A DNA stretch of 64,000 bases, from NCBI GenBank assembly GCA_963693365.1, contig CAVNZM010000009.1:2420231-2484230 (forward strand), in the 5' to 3' direction. This stretch comes from Amoebidium appalachense. Lineage: Eukaryota; Protista; Ichthyosporea. The position numbers and the translations under genes are program-made. The notes below the pieces were generated by a model. That model was not told the origin of the DNA, ran no database searches, and saw only the letters and a list, made by a program, of their open reading frames with translations. Of this stretch, positions 1 to 13,520 are shown in pieces (the first letter of the stretch is position 1; each line of letters opens with the position of its first letter).

Positions 1-665
1 ATGAACATGCAGATACACTTCCCCACGCCACACACACATACGCTCCCCGCCACACAGATACGAACACGAACACTGAGAGGGGAGGTGGGAGGCGGGGGGG
101 GGGGAGGAGGTCGGGGGGAGGGGGGGAGACCCGGAGGGCGGGAGGGGGGGAAGGGTGGAGTACGTTAGAAAAGGAGACCCCACGACCATATATATTAGCA
201 GAGGGGGAACCGTTCGTTCGCACATGTACAACTGGCTGCAATATGCAGAAACGGTTTTGCTACTGAAGGCGAAAAAAAAAAAGAGGTGGGAGGTCGAGGA
301 TCGAACACCAGTCCCCCCAAATGTGTGGGGCAGGGCCGGCCCGTGGGGGTAGGGTGGGGGTCAGAGGGGTTGTCGCCTTGTCGGTCGGGGTATTTGAGCT
401 GGCTGCCCTCCAGCTTCATAGAGTCCTTTTTTTCTTCCCTGCAGCAATTTTGGGCACTTCTATGATAGCTGCGACTGGTGAGGCAAATGAAGGTGACTAA
501 AATACAAGCTTGAATGTTGGTTTTTGCATTTGAAAACAACGCAGAATTTCCCTTGATCCTATTTGAACTGTCCTTTTTTTTTTTTTTTGGTTTTTTGCTC
601 TGGATCTCTTGTATACATCTTTGTATCTCTTATAGGTCTTGGCGAGAAATAGTTTTGTCATAGCG

Positions 666-813
666 ATGGAACCACTAAAATGGCAAAAGGTCGACCTTCC
701 GGGTGCTGATGTGAAATATGCGCCCGGCTTCATACCTGCCAAGGACAGACGCCGCCTATATAAAGGTTGACCCTCCCTCCCCACCTCCCTCCCTCTCTCT
801 CTCTCTCTCTCTC

Positions 814-848
<35 letters not shown>

Positions 849-1900
849 TTCCCCCTCCCCCCCCTCCCCCCCTTCCCCCCAACACACCCACCCACCACCC
901 ACGGTCCTCCAACCCCACCCGTCACACATTTTTTTTCCAAAGAAAAGTTTGCCCGCCATGCCCCAAGATCCTTGTTTCGAGTCCCTATTCCATATATAGC
1001 ATCACATTGACAGCTGTGTGACATTGTAAACTCTGCACTGCGCATGTTCTTCTTTTTAACGTTTTACAGCCTGTGGCCGTGTCTTATCAACCTTCCTCTT
1101 TGGCGTGACAAGCTCCATACTAATACCGTGCATAAATCCGTTATTCATTCGGAGGGCTTAGGGTGGGGGTGGGTAGATGGGGCGGTAATCCAAAAAAAAA
1201 AAAGGGGGGGGGGGGGGGGGGGGGGAGGGTAAAAGCATAAAGGCTGGAGCAATGCTCAGATTACGTTCACTATTTTTTTTTTTTCTCTTTTTGGTTTATA
1301 CATTTATTTTCGTTCGTCTATTTATTTACTTGTTCGTCTATTCATTATTATTCACTTTGTTTTGGTTATCTATTTATATATTTACGTATTTTTTATTTAT
1401 TTTGCCTTTTTATTCTTTTTCACCCATATCTCAACAGCCTTTCGAGACACGCTGGAATGGAAGGTGCAAAACATCGTTCTGTTTGGCCAAGTGTGCAAAA
1501 TGAACAGAAAGAGCTGTTTCTATGGGTATGCTGGAAAGGTAATATTCCTTTTTCCGATTTTTTTTGTCAAATTTTACTACACTTCATAATGCAATAACAG
1601 ATGTGTGGGTGGTAACATAATGGGAGGAAGGTCTATGTTGGGCTCGATGGTGTTTTACCCCCTCGTACATATTGAAACCTCTAATAAAGTTGTTTGCCTT
1701 GATCCTGCCTTGCCTTTCCTTGATTCTTTCCTAATCTCATCGCCTCCTCCCCCCTCCCCCCTCCCCCCCCCCCTCCGGCCCCCCCCTCCCCCCCCCCAAA
1801 AAAAATGAGGGGAAAAAGGAAAAGCAGGGACAAGCAAATGGAGCAGGAGAGAGAGAAGTGAAAAAATGTCTGAAACGGGCGTGCGCTCATCACTCACACA

Positions 1901-1956
<56 letters not shown>

Positions 1957-2216
1957 GTGACATGCCACAGCACTACCGCTACTCTGGGCTGGACAATGAT
2001 CCCCTCCCCTTCAACCCCGAACTGATCGAAGTCAAACAAATGCTCGAACACTATCTACCCTACAGGTTTTGTAACCATGAATTGTGACTTCTTTCATGCT
2101 TTCTTCCCTTTTTACCCATTTTTTCAGGGTGTTTGGGGAGTTGAGGGAGAGATGTGTGGGTGTGTGCCCAAATGGTGGTGGTGGTGGTGGTGGTGGTGGT
2201 GCGGGCGGGCGGCGGG

Positions 2217-2249
<33 letters not shown>

Positions 2250-2955
2250 GGGGGGGGTTTATGTAGTAAAGTAGTATGAGATTTTTCGAAAGGTGTTAGT
2301 GAGGGTCCTTTTTGCACACACAACTTCCACCCTTTCTCCATGTAGACACACATACATGTTCGAGAGAGAGAGGGAGGCAGTAATGGAGAGGAGGAGAGGA
2401 AGAGGGAACAGACAGTCAACCCCCCCCCCCCCCCCCCCTACACACGCACACACACACACACTCCATCCCACCTGCCCCCCATGACAAGAACAAAAAGAAC
2501 ACCAAGGAAAAGAGGTACGAAGAAGAAGAAAGAAAAAAGAAGAAGAAAGAAGCCTTGCTTTCTTCATTTTTTCTAACCTTTGTCTGATGGTTTGTTTGGA
2601 TTTTGGGCCCTCCTTTCTAACTAAATGCTTACCTGAACCCCCCCCCCCCCCCCCCCCCCACTCCTCGACCGTGAATATGTCGGTACTCGGGTACTGTGGA
2701 TGACTTGGGCTCCGTTTGAGCATGAGTTCTGCTTATGGTGCTAATCCTTTGTGTATTTGTAGAATTTCCGATGTGTTGTCAGTCATGAATGTCGACTTCG
2801 TACTCGCAACACATACTAAACTATTCACCCACCCACCCGCCCCCTCCTCTGCCGCCCTCTTTTCGAACCATGTTCTCCCGTATATCCCCGTTCCCTTCCT
2901 CCTCCCCCCCTCCACCCATCCCCCCCCCCCCCCCCCCTCCACCCACCCACCCACA

Positions 2956-3021
<66 letters not shown>

Positions 3022-3610
3022 AGATTTGATGTGTGCCTGTGCAACTACTACCCCGATGGCAGCAGTAACATAGGCTGGCATGCAGATGACGAGAGAGACC
3101 TCGTGAGGGGGGCACCAATTGCGTCCATATCTCTCGGTGCGTGGAACGTGGTTTAATAAATTAATCCTCTTGTTTCATTGGCTCACCTATGTGTGCTTAC
3201 ATGATAACTCGGTTTATATGTGGATATTGGAGGATGTGATTTTTTTTGTGGGGTGGGGGAGGGGGGGGAGGGGGGAGGGGGGGGGAGGCTCTGCTTGTTT
3301 TCCCGTCGTCTGATGGCTGGTTGTTGTTGTTATGGTGTACACGTATTCTCCTGCGAGTCTTTTAAGTAGGAGACAACAGTAGGGTGAGGGGATTGGGGAG
3401 AGAGTGGGGGAGAGGGGGTTTTGGGGGGGGGGAGGGGGGGGGGGCCATGATTAGGTTTGTTGTGTGTGTTAGTCGGCGTGCCCTCCGCTCGAGGGTAACA
3501 GGGTCTGTGCTGTCGATGGGTGCGGAGGGGCTGGCTGGAAGGAGGTAGTGGGGATGAGGAGTGGGGGGAAGGGGGTGGGTGTGGGGGGAGGGGGGAGGGT
3601 GTTGGGGTGT

Positions 3611-3643
<33 letters not shown>

Positions 3644-3821
3644 GGGGGGGGCAGCGGAGATTAGGCAAGTAGGGAGTAGAGTGAATATAGGTGAGAGAAT
3701 TATGCGTGGGTTTAAGTATTTTGCATTTTGTTGTGGGAATAAGTGGCAGAGTCATGCACGCACGGTCACACACATGCACGCACGCACGCACGCACACGCG
3801 CACACACACACACACACACAA

Positions 3822-3872
<51 letters not shown>

Positions 3873-4002
3873 TATACATGTGAAGACACATGACCTCAAC
3901 CAACACTCCATACACCTCCCAATTCTCGCTTAAAACATCCCCCCCTCCCCCTCCCCCCCAAACGCTACCCACAACCCACCTTCCTGCACCCCTTCCCCTG
4001 CC

Positions 4003-4043
<41 letters not shown>

Positions 4044-4317
4044 CCCCCAGCCCTCCCCACGTTCAGCATTTTCCTTTTTTTCTATGCAAATCCTTTCCTA
4101 CGCAGAGAGATTAAGGGGATAAAAACAGATCTATGTACACATGCTCATCCTCACGGATCTTGAAATTTGCGCAATTCAATCCTCAACCTCCACACCAACA
4201 CCACCACCTCCACCATGATACATTCGCGCACATGAACAAGCGCACGCACACACGCACATACACACACACGCACGCGCGCACGCACACACACACACATACA
4301 CACACACGAATTCACCG

Positions 4318-4370
<53 letters not shown>

Positions 4371-4550
4371 AGGTGCAGAGCGTTATTTTGACCTTCGCTC
4401 CAAGCACCCAATATCTACTGGCCGTGGCCCAGCCAAAGTCATCAATCACCGAATGACTGTTCAGGATGGCTGTCTGCTGCTTATGGCCGGAGACACACAA
4501 AGTACCCCTCACCCTCCCCCCACTTCTCCCCCCCCCCCCCCCTCCCCCCC

Positions 4551-4581
<31 letters not shown>

Positions 4582-4748
4582 ACACACGGACGGACGACTT
4601 CTATCTCCCCTTCTCACCGACTGACCTTCTAGCCCCCTCCGCCCCCCTTCCCCCCCCCCCCCTTCTCCCTCCCCCCAATTTCTTTCCCCCCCCCCCCCCC
4701 CCCTTCCCCCCCCCCCCCCCCCCACCACCACGACCATCGCCACCACCA

Positions 4749-4800
<52 letters not shown>

Positions 4801-4886
4801 TTCAACCTTCTTCCCACCGATTGACCTCAGGGCAACCCTTTCCCCCCCCCCCCCCCTCCGGCTACATTTCCTTGCGCGCCCCCTTC

Positions 4887-4935
<49 letters not shown>

Positions 4936-5201
4936 CTCACCCACAACCACCACCACCACCACCCCCACCCACCCACCCACCCACCCACCCACCCCTTCAG
5001 TAACACCCCACACACACAAGACACACACACCCTCCTCCTCCCCTTCCTGGCTGGGAAGTTTTCTGTGTTTGTGTCGAGGCAGTTGTGTGTTTTTCGCAAC
5101 TTTCCCAAATTTTTGACTTGTCTTCTGGAGGAAGAAGCCTGACGTAAACTGTACATTTGCACGCGTAGGCGCGCGCACACATGCACACACGCACACGCAC
5201 G

Positions 5202-5254
<53 letters not shown>

Positions 5255-5700
5255 CACACAACACACACACGCACACACGCACACACACAGTCAACTACAA
5301 GCACGCAGTACCCATACAGAAGAAGGTACCCAACGGCCGCATCAACCTGACCTTCCGTTGCATTGACAATAGTCGAATTTCAAGGCTACCCCAGATAAAA
5401 CCACCAACCCCGGTTAAATCCGAGATAAACCCCGACCAAAACCCACCGAAACCGACCGAAAACGCACATGACGATCCTGAAAAAGCAAAACATTCGGTTT
5501 CTTTACGAGAGAAATTACACGAAAGACCAGAAAAAGCCGGGGATTTTGAGGATGTGCCGAAAGGTTTGCGGGGTGCTGATGCAAAAAAAAGGCCAGCAGA
5601 AGGTTTAGGTAGACCTCAGGGGGGACCCGAGGGGAAGGATGGGGGCTCCAAAGGCACAAAGCGAATGCGGCAGACTACCATTGCTCAGTGCCTGTATTAG
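666..5700 (+). CDS. AlkB-family Fe(II)/2-oxoglutarate dioxygenase, ALKBH2/ALKBH3-like DNA alkylation repair enzyme (6 exons, ~315 aa)
   Basis: Exons 666-765, 1438-1538, 1971-2065, 3024-3136, 4373-4501 and 5291-5700; all GT-AG and phase-consistent. Translation MEPLKWQKVDLPGADVKYAPGFIP...HYRYSG...CLCNYYPDGSSNIGWHADDERDL...IASISLGAERYF...LLLMAGDTQINYKHAVP...RINLTFR contains the HxD...H iron triad and the RxNLTFR 2OG-binding motif. Confidence 0.92.
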
Positions 5701-5744
5701 CAAAGCGAATGCGGCAGACTACCATTGCTCAGTGCCTGTATTAG
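5657..5744 (+). repeat. Perfect 44-bp tandem duplication covering the AlkB stop codon
   Basis: caaagcgaatgcggcagactaccattgctcagtgcctgtattag occurs at 5657-5700 and 5701-5744. Confidence 0.95.
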
Positions 5745-6552
5745 GTAGTGGTGTGCAGTCTCTCAAGAGGGATTTTCGAATAAGGACGACCGAAATGAAT
5801 GCAGCTTCGCCCGCCTTTGCAGACCCCCCCCCCCCCCCCCTTTTCCCCGATACACGCACACACACACACACATGAATGTTCTCCCGTGAGCCCACGAGTA
5901 CGAGGTTGGCCCACAAGACAAACCCTTGTTTTGAAAATTGCATCTCGCATGTGTACACCTACAGGGAAGAAGTGTGAGAGCGAGTGTGTGTGTGTGTTTG
6001 TGGCACCGGGGGGGGGGGGGGGGGGGGGGGGAGGGGGGGGGGGGTTGTAACTAGACGAATGAATGTAACAATGCCAGTGTGATGGTTATGAGTGAGTAAA
6101 TGTACAGTATGGTTTCTGGGAAAGGCAAACAAACGGAAATATTGCTTACTCCTGCTCGGTGTATCATAAATTTTGACGCGGGGCTTGTCTGGTTATACTG
6201 CCCCTTCTATTGGTTGAATTTTAAAAAAAAAAATGTTATACAGAACTCATTTTGTGTCCAGTCGTCGGAATGTGGAACAGCCTGCACCATAATAGCCAAT
6301 AAATATGCATGGGCCAGGTGCATCAAGCATTAGTTCGTGGGCTGTGCCTATTTCCAATTCAAATGTGTGTCCTCTATAGCACAACACATCAGAATTCTAG
6401 CTTGCAATGCGGGGTAATCCCCCCCCCCCCCCCCCCAAAAAAAAAAAAAAAAAAAGAAAAAGAAAAAGAAAAAGAAAAGAAACGAAAAAGGCGCCTTCTC
6501 GAGCTCCCAGCGTTTAACATATACAGAAAAGGGAATAACCGTGTGTGTGTGT

Positions 6553-6585
<33 letters not shown>

Positions 6586-7754
6586 TGTGTGTGTGTGTGT
6601 GTGTGTGTGTGTGTCTGTGTGTCTGTGTGCGTTATTTTTTTTTTTTTTTTTTTTTTGGGGGGGGGGGGGGGGGTAATAAGATTTCAACGGTTTCTAGCTA
6701 TGTACGTGGGGGGTTTAGCTATGGGAGCTGAAGGTCTGCATGGGACTGGTACTGTTCATGGCACATGGGCAGGCCCAGAGTTACCAGTGCTCTCCGCATG
6801 GTTGGCAGCAAATCAAACTCAGCACTGCTGCGCGCTGTAAACGGCACGTGTGCATGCACGTCAAACCGTATCGTGTCACGGCAATAATATCTACTTCTAA
6901 CTTTTCGAGGCTCGCAAAGCTATGATATAACCCAGCATGTGGAGATGTATTTGTGGATTGCACAAACAATATGCTAAGGATTATATATTTATGAACATAT
7001 ACATGAATGTACATAAAGGTGGCCATTAATGTTGTTGTCACCGAACGTGTATCATTTCAAACTTTGCTTTTTTTACACTCCCGTCAGATATATACACAAT
7101 GTCACCTGCACACTGTGTCACTGGACATCAGTGTGTGTCGTATCTCGTTGGTGTTCGTTTTCACGACTCGATGAAACAACAATTAGTAAATCATTATACT
7201 CACAAATTCTATTGAAGAAAGAGGCAATGCACATTCCGGCGTTTTATAGTGCATGATTTTGGGATTTCTTTTTATTATCAAGTCCACTACACGTAGGGCA
7301 ATGCACACACGATAACTCTTATCATGCTGACTGACTGAGTGTCAGTCATCACCCTGTGAATTTACCCAAACCTTGTGCACTTGCATCATCAACAGACGAA
7401 AGACTTAGTGTAAAAGTACAAAAGGGGCTGTTTGCCCATCAGCAGACCACAATGCACTTGTCATGAGATTGCATTCAATGTTCCCGGATACCAAAACCTC
7501 ACGGATACCTGACACTTTCACTATCGTACCTCCTTCCTCTTTTGGCTTTTCACGTTTGTACATCCACAAACTAGAAAAATATCCACACAAACGTTAGCCA
7601 CAAAACCGTGCTTTCTGTATCTTTTTCTCCTCTTTGACTGTTTTTTGCCCGACCCGTCTCTCACCCTTTCCTAAAGCCCACCGGCCTCCCCTGGACTTTC
7701 GGCCTTCATAAAAACACTCCTAACCTGCTTTTGTTTCATTTTCCCACCGACACA

Positions 7755-8180
7755 ATGTCTTCCGATGTCTCCACCCCCTCCGGTTCCCCCCCGACCGCCG
7801 CCCTCCCCATTTACGCAAACATCGCCATGTCCACACGCGCCCCCTCCGAATCCCTCCCCACCCACGGACTTCCCCCACGTGTGGCACACCAACTTATAAA
7901 AGATGAACTAAATTTGGACGGCAACCCACGCACAAACCTGGCCTCATACGTCACTACATGGATGGAACCGGAGGCGGAGGATTTGATGAGGCATGCGGCC
8001 AGGAAGAATTTCATCGACCTGGATCAGGTGATGAATCCCCCATTGCAGCCTATGGATCGCGTAATGGAACCCCCCAGTGTTGAGTGTTGTAAATCAACCT
8101 CTGCTGTTATCTTGCACTCTTGATCGAATGGTGAGGGTTTTTTCCCCTTGGCCTTTTCTTTTCTTCTTCTTTTTTTTTTT

Positions 8181-8230
<50 letters not shown>

Positions 8231-8370
8231 TTTCTTGTTACGGTTGCAGAATTTCAATGTTACCCCATTCTTGGGTTGGTTCAGACGCTTTCAAATCACC
8301 CCTATGCCTCTTGACCTTCGTTGCCCCACTTGCTACACTACTTCTCTGGTTTGCCTGTACTTACTTACTC

Positions 8371-8401
<31 letters not shown>

Positions 8402-8454
8402 AAACGGCCCTGTCGCCCGTGCGCCTTCCCGTTCCCTTTCACCTCCCACTCCAC

Positions 8455-8485
<31 letters not shown>

Positions 8486-8574
8486 CCCCAAGAGCCATGA
8501 CATGGAGAAGCGCTGTGTGACCATGCTGGCCCGCCTGCTGCATGCCCCCCTCAACGACGGAGACGAGGTACTAG

Positions 8575-8657
<83 letters not shown>

Positions 8658-9792
8658 AAAAAAAAAAAAGGGAAGAGAAAAGAACAGAAAACCAGAGGGA
8701 CGATAAGAAAAAAGAGCAAACGGAAAAAAAGGACTTGCTTCCTGCAAAAGGCAAAAGATTCCACACACGCACACATCCCCCACCTGGACCACGAAGAAAA
8801 CAAAAAAAAAAAAAAAAAAAAAAAAAAAGAGTACGGTGTGTGGAGGGGGGGGGAGGGGGGGGGGGGGGGGAGGGTCTTCTTTTTTTTGTGCTCTCTTCAA
8901 AACAGCTCTCTTACCTTTTACACCCTTTCCCCTTCCTTGATGATTTTCATATACTTCGATCACGCAGAAATCTATTATAAAGTCACCCCTGTCAATCAAT
9001 CAATCATCATTGCAGGTTCCATATTCTATCTTTAGCTCGCCGTTCTCTTTTTAGGGTGTGGGCCTAGCCACTGTTGGATCCACCGAGGCCATTCTCCTAG
9101 CGGGCCTAGCCATGAAGTTTCTTTGGAGACAGCACATGGCCACCAAGGGCCTACCAGCAACCAACCCAAACATTTTACTTGCTTCAAACGTGCACGTGGC
9201 TTGGCACAAAATGTGCAAGTATGCCCCCCCCCCCCCCCCCCCCCCCCCAACCCCTTCCCATCCCCTCAACCCCCTGCCACCGCCCTGTTACCGTGTGACC
9301 TTACCTATCTAACACCACCGAACACACTCCCGATCCTTCATTATTTTCTCCCAAGCCTTTTCCCCTATACCCCCATTAAACCCCCCCCCCCCTCCCTCCC
9401 CCCCCCCCCCCCCTTCTTTGCCCCCTTTTACCACCTTCTTTGCCCCACTTTACCCCTCCCTCTAAGCCCCTTTTACTTTACCTTTACCCCCTACAGGCTC
9501 AACTCGCTCCTGTCTTCCTCCTTCGTTTCTCTCTTTTTTCCCCCGTGTGTTGACATGTGCTCACCTTGTTCTATTCTTCGTCGTCAACGACAAGCCTCTC
9601 CCATCTCCCCCCCCCCCCCCCCCCCCCCCTCTTTCTCCCAACACACACTCTGAATCGTTCCTCCCCCCACCTCCCAGCCCCGCCCCGTCCCCCCCCCCTC
9701 CCCCCCGCCCCTTCCCCCCGCCCCGACCCGCCCCAAACACCCGACCCTTGCCCACCCTCACTCCGGCTCCTCTCACATGATCATTAACAATT

Positions 9793-9850
<58 letters not shown>

Positions 9851-9922
9851 AAAAAAAGAAAAAAAAAAAAAAGAGTACATGTACTCCCCTCTTACTTAAT
9901 CACTAACAACTAGCTCTCCCCA

Positions 9923-9972
<50 letters not shown>

Positions 9973-10215
9973 AAAAAAAAAACAATAAAAAAAACAAAAA
10001 AAACAAACAAAACAAAATCAACATAAATTCTCCTGCAGGTATTTTGACATTGAAGAGCGCAGTGTTCACGTTGACCACACCACCCTCGGCATCGATCCAG
10101 CCACCGTTGCAGCTGTGTGCGACCAAAACACCATCGGAGTGAATGTGACCCTGGGCACAACATACAACGGATACTTCGAGGATGTCAAGGCTGTGCATGA
10201 TGTCGTGGAGGTACG

Positions 10216-10251
<36 letters not shown>

Positions 10252-10386
10252 CCCCCCCCGAAAAAAAAAAAGGAAAAAAAAAAAAAACGGTGCACACTGT
10301 CCTCCCTCTGTTTTCCAAGTTGTAGCCCAAACCCCATTTTCCCAACACATTCTTCACACCAGTCCGTCTCGCTTCGCATGCCCTTT

Positions 10387-10432
<46 letters not shown>

Positions 10433-10490
10433 CCCCCCACGCCCCCCACCCCACCGGGCGCCCTCCCCACCAACACACACACCTGCATAT

Positions 10491-10527
<37 letters not shown>

Positions 10528-11235
10528 CGCTGCCCGCGCCCTGCCCGATATCACGATACTGCGGGAAGCGTTATTTTTGTCCCTCACAAACCAACCATTG
10601 TATATTAGTAATCACCCAATCACAACCAACCACTCTACATGATATTAACCCAATCACAACACGCAGGAGCTCAATAAGACGCACGATTGGTGCCTTCGCA
10701 TCCACGTCGACGCCGCCAGCGGTGGTTTCATCGCCCCCTTCGTGCACCCAAATTTGGTGTGGGACTTCCGTCTCCCATTGGTCAAGAGCATCAATTTGAG
10801 CGGCCACAAATTTGGATTGGTCTATGCGGGGGTCGGGTGGGGTTTATGGAGAGAGAAGAAAGATCTGCCGGACGACCTTGCCTTCCACGTGAGCTATCTG
10901 GGGGGAGACCAGTGCTCCTACACCCTAAACTTCTCCCGGGGGGCAAGCCAGATCATTGCTCAGTACTACCAATTTGTCAGACTCGGTGTGAATCTGCCCC
11001 CCTCCCCCCTCCCTCCCTCCCCTTCCCCCCGTCAAACGGACCCCGGGACTTGGGTTTGTTTCCTTATAGTTACATTCGAGAACCAAGTGGGAAAATTGAT
11101 TTAGTATTTGGGAAATTGTCCTTTACCTTTAGTTTAAGGTAGAAGAGAGCTCCTCCTCCACTTCCCCCTTACCACTTTCTTCCCACGATTCTCACCTCCC
11201 TAAGTTGGATTTTTCCATTCAGGGGAACATCTCCA

Positions 11236-11277
<42 letters not shown>

Positions 11278-11479
11278 ACCCCCCTCCTTCCTTATCCCCC
11301 TCCCCCCCCTCCGCCCGCCCCCTCCCTCCCCTCCTGCCCCCTCCCCCCTCCCCCCATCCCCTGTCCGCTCTTGGTTTACCAACATCTCGTTCCATCTCCC
11401 TCCGTTTCTAACTCACACAGTAAGGATGTGAACAGACGTTCAACCCCCCCCCCCCCCCCCCTCCCCCCCCCCCCCCCCT

Positions 11480-11511
<32 letters not shown>

Positions 11512-12115
11512 CCTCCAACCTCCCCATCCTACCCGTATTCCAAACCGTTGATATAACTTAAATTCGTTATTCCGCTTTCATTTTTTTTTTTTCTTCGTTC
11601 AATAATATACCTTCCCACCCATTTCCCATCCATTTCAATTTTTTTTCATTTATTATCCCATTTTTGATATAGCTTCAATTTATTGCTCTCCATTTCATCC
11701 TTTTGTTATTTTGTCAATGACGTATTTATATCCTTCGGTGCAGGCTGGGAGGGCTACCAGGCCATCCTATCCAACGGTATGCGCAATGCAGACTATCTGC
11801 GTGAACGACTGACCCAGCTAGGCCGGTTTTCATTGGTCGACACAGGCATGATGCCATTGGTGGCATTTGAGCTCTCAGACCCAAATGCCACCTACACTGT
11901 ACATGAGCTGCAGGTAAAGTGCTTAACCCCCCCCCCCCCCCCCCCCCACAAAAAAAAAAAAAAAAAAAAAAGGAGGGAGGGAGGGATGGGGGAAGGGGGG
12001 GGGGGGGAGGAGAATAGACACCGTCCATGAGCTGCAGATGGAATCCAGAAACCCCCCCCCGGGGGAGAGGGGGGAGAATAGACACCGTCCATGAGCTGCA
12101 GATGGAATCCAGAAC

Positions 12116-12149
<34 letters not shown>

Positions 12150-12868
12150 TTCCACCCCACCCCAACACCCACACCCCCCCCCCAAAAAAAAGAGATGGAG
12201 GGAGGAGAGGGATGGAGGGAAAGGGGGGAAGAAAGGGGGGGGGGGGGGGGGGGGTCGAAAGAGAGTAGAAGAGAGAGGGAGAGTGGAAGAGAGAGGGAGA
12301 GGGGAAGAGAGATAGAGAGGGAGAGGGGAAGGGAGAGCGGAGAGAGAGGGAATGAGATGTTGAGCAAATATATATATCAGAACGTGCTCAGTGGGGTTGG
12401 GGAGGAAGGGACAGGGACAGGGGGGGGGGGGGGGGGGGGGGGGGAGAGGGGGGAGAGAGAGAGGGGAGAGGAGAGGGAGGGAGATGATTTTGGGCAAACA
12501 CATAGATCAGAACGTGTATGTGGCACGCAGGGTCTGTAGACACGCACACACACCTCAACACACATTCATACTAACGTTTCGAAGGACTTAGCACAACAAT
12601 CCTCTTTTATTGCCCCTCCCCTTCCTCCTCCTCATCCTCCCCCCCTTTTTCTCTTTCGCCACAAGGTTTTCAAAAATCCTTAAGCAAGATTTCTAACCCA
12701 AAGTTTATGTTTTTAGGACCGCATGCGAGCCAGTGGGTGGATTGTGCCCGCCTACAAGTGCCCACCTGGTGCCGATGACCGTGAGATCATCCGAGTGGTT
12801 GTCAAGCAGAACTTCACCCACGATCTGATCGAAGACTTTGTGAAGGTACGGAAGGAACACAGGGGCTA

Positions 12869-12907
<39 letters not shown>

Positions 12908-13032
12908 TCCCCCCCAAAAAGCTGCACACACATGCGCGTAACGCACACACTCACACGCACATTCACAGGCGCACACGTACGCGCATACACACAGTGGCAC
13001 ACTGGTGTGCACACCTCCTTCCAGTGCAGCAT

Positions 13033-13092
<60 letters not shown>

Positions 13093-13520
13093 AAAGACCT
13101 TGTAGTTACGACGATAAATTATGTATGTACCTTACTCCTGAACTGAGGCAGACATTGTGGCACTTCCACGTCCCCTTCCCCCCCTCCCCCTACCCCCCCC
13201 CTTCCCCCACCAAAAAAATAAAATAAAAAATCCCCACTCCCCCCCCCCCCCCCCCTCCTCCCCCCTCCCCCCCCCTCCCCCCCGGGCCCCACACACACAC
13301 ACACACACAGGATCTGGACCAGGCCTGCCACCACCTCGAAGAAATGAGCAAAGTTCTTGGCCCTGCACCCAGAGCAGCCACCAAGAAGGAAGGGGGGCAG
13401 ATTGCAGATGCGGCGGGAAGCCCAAATGCAGCCCTCCGCATGTGGAAGCACACGAGCACGGGAGTGGGGCATGACCCGAAGAGGAAGCACGGTGGAAAGA
13501 AGCATCATCCTGTGTGCTGA
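7755..13520 (+). CDS. GAD: Glutamate decarboxylase, PLP-dependent group II, GadB/plant/fungal type (8 exons, ~506 aa)
   Basis: Exons 7755-8027, 8484-8567, 9055-9218, 10039-10210, 10667-10985, 11744-11913, 12717-12845 and 13311-13520; phases consistent. Motifs [82 protein letters not shown] (PLP lysine), [18 protein letters not shown] and GWIVPAY. Confidence 0.96.
11893..12113 (+). repeat. Two intronic copies of the 3' end of GAD exon 6
   Basis: The exon end acactgtacatgagctgcag|gt is echoed as gaatagacaccgtccatgagctgcag|atggaatccagaa at ~12012-12050 and ~12075-12113. Confidence 0.8.

Noticed and set aside
160-660. Possible minus-strand gene divergent from AlkB (candidate exon ~164-262 with an AG acceptor and a GT donor followed by a C-tract)
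   Set aside because: Splice-like signals are present, but I could not find a recognisable protein or a confident frame, and the gene would run off the window.
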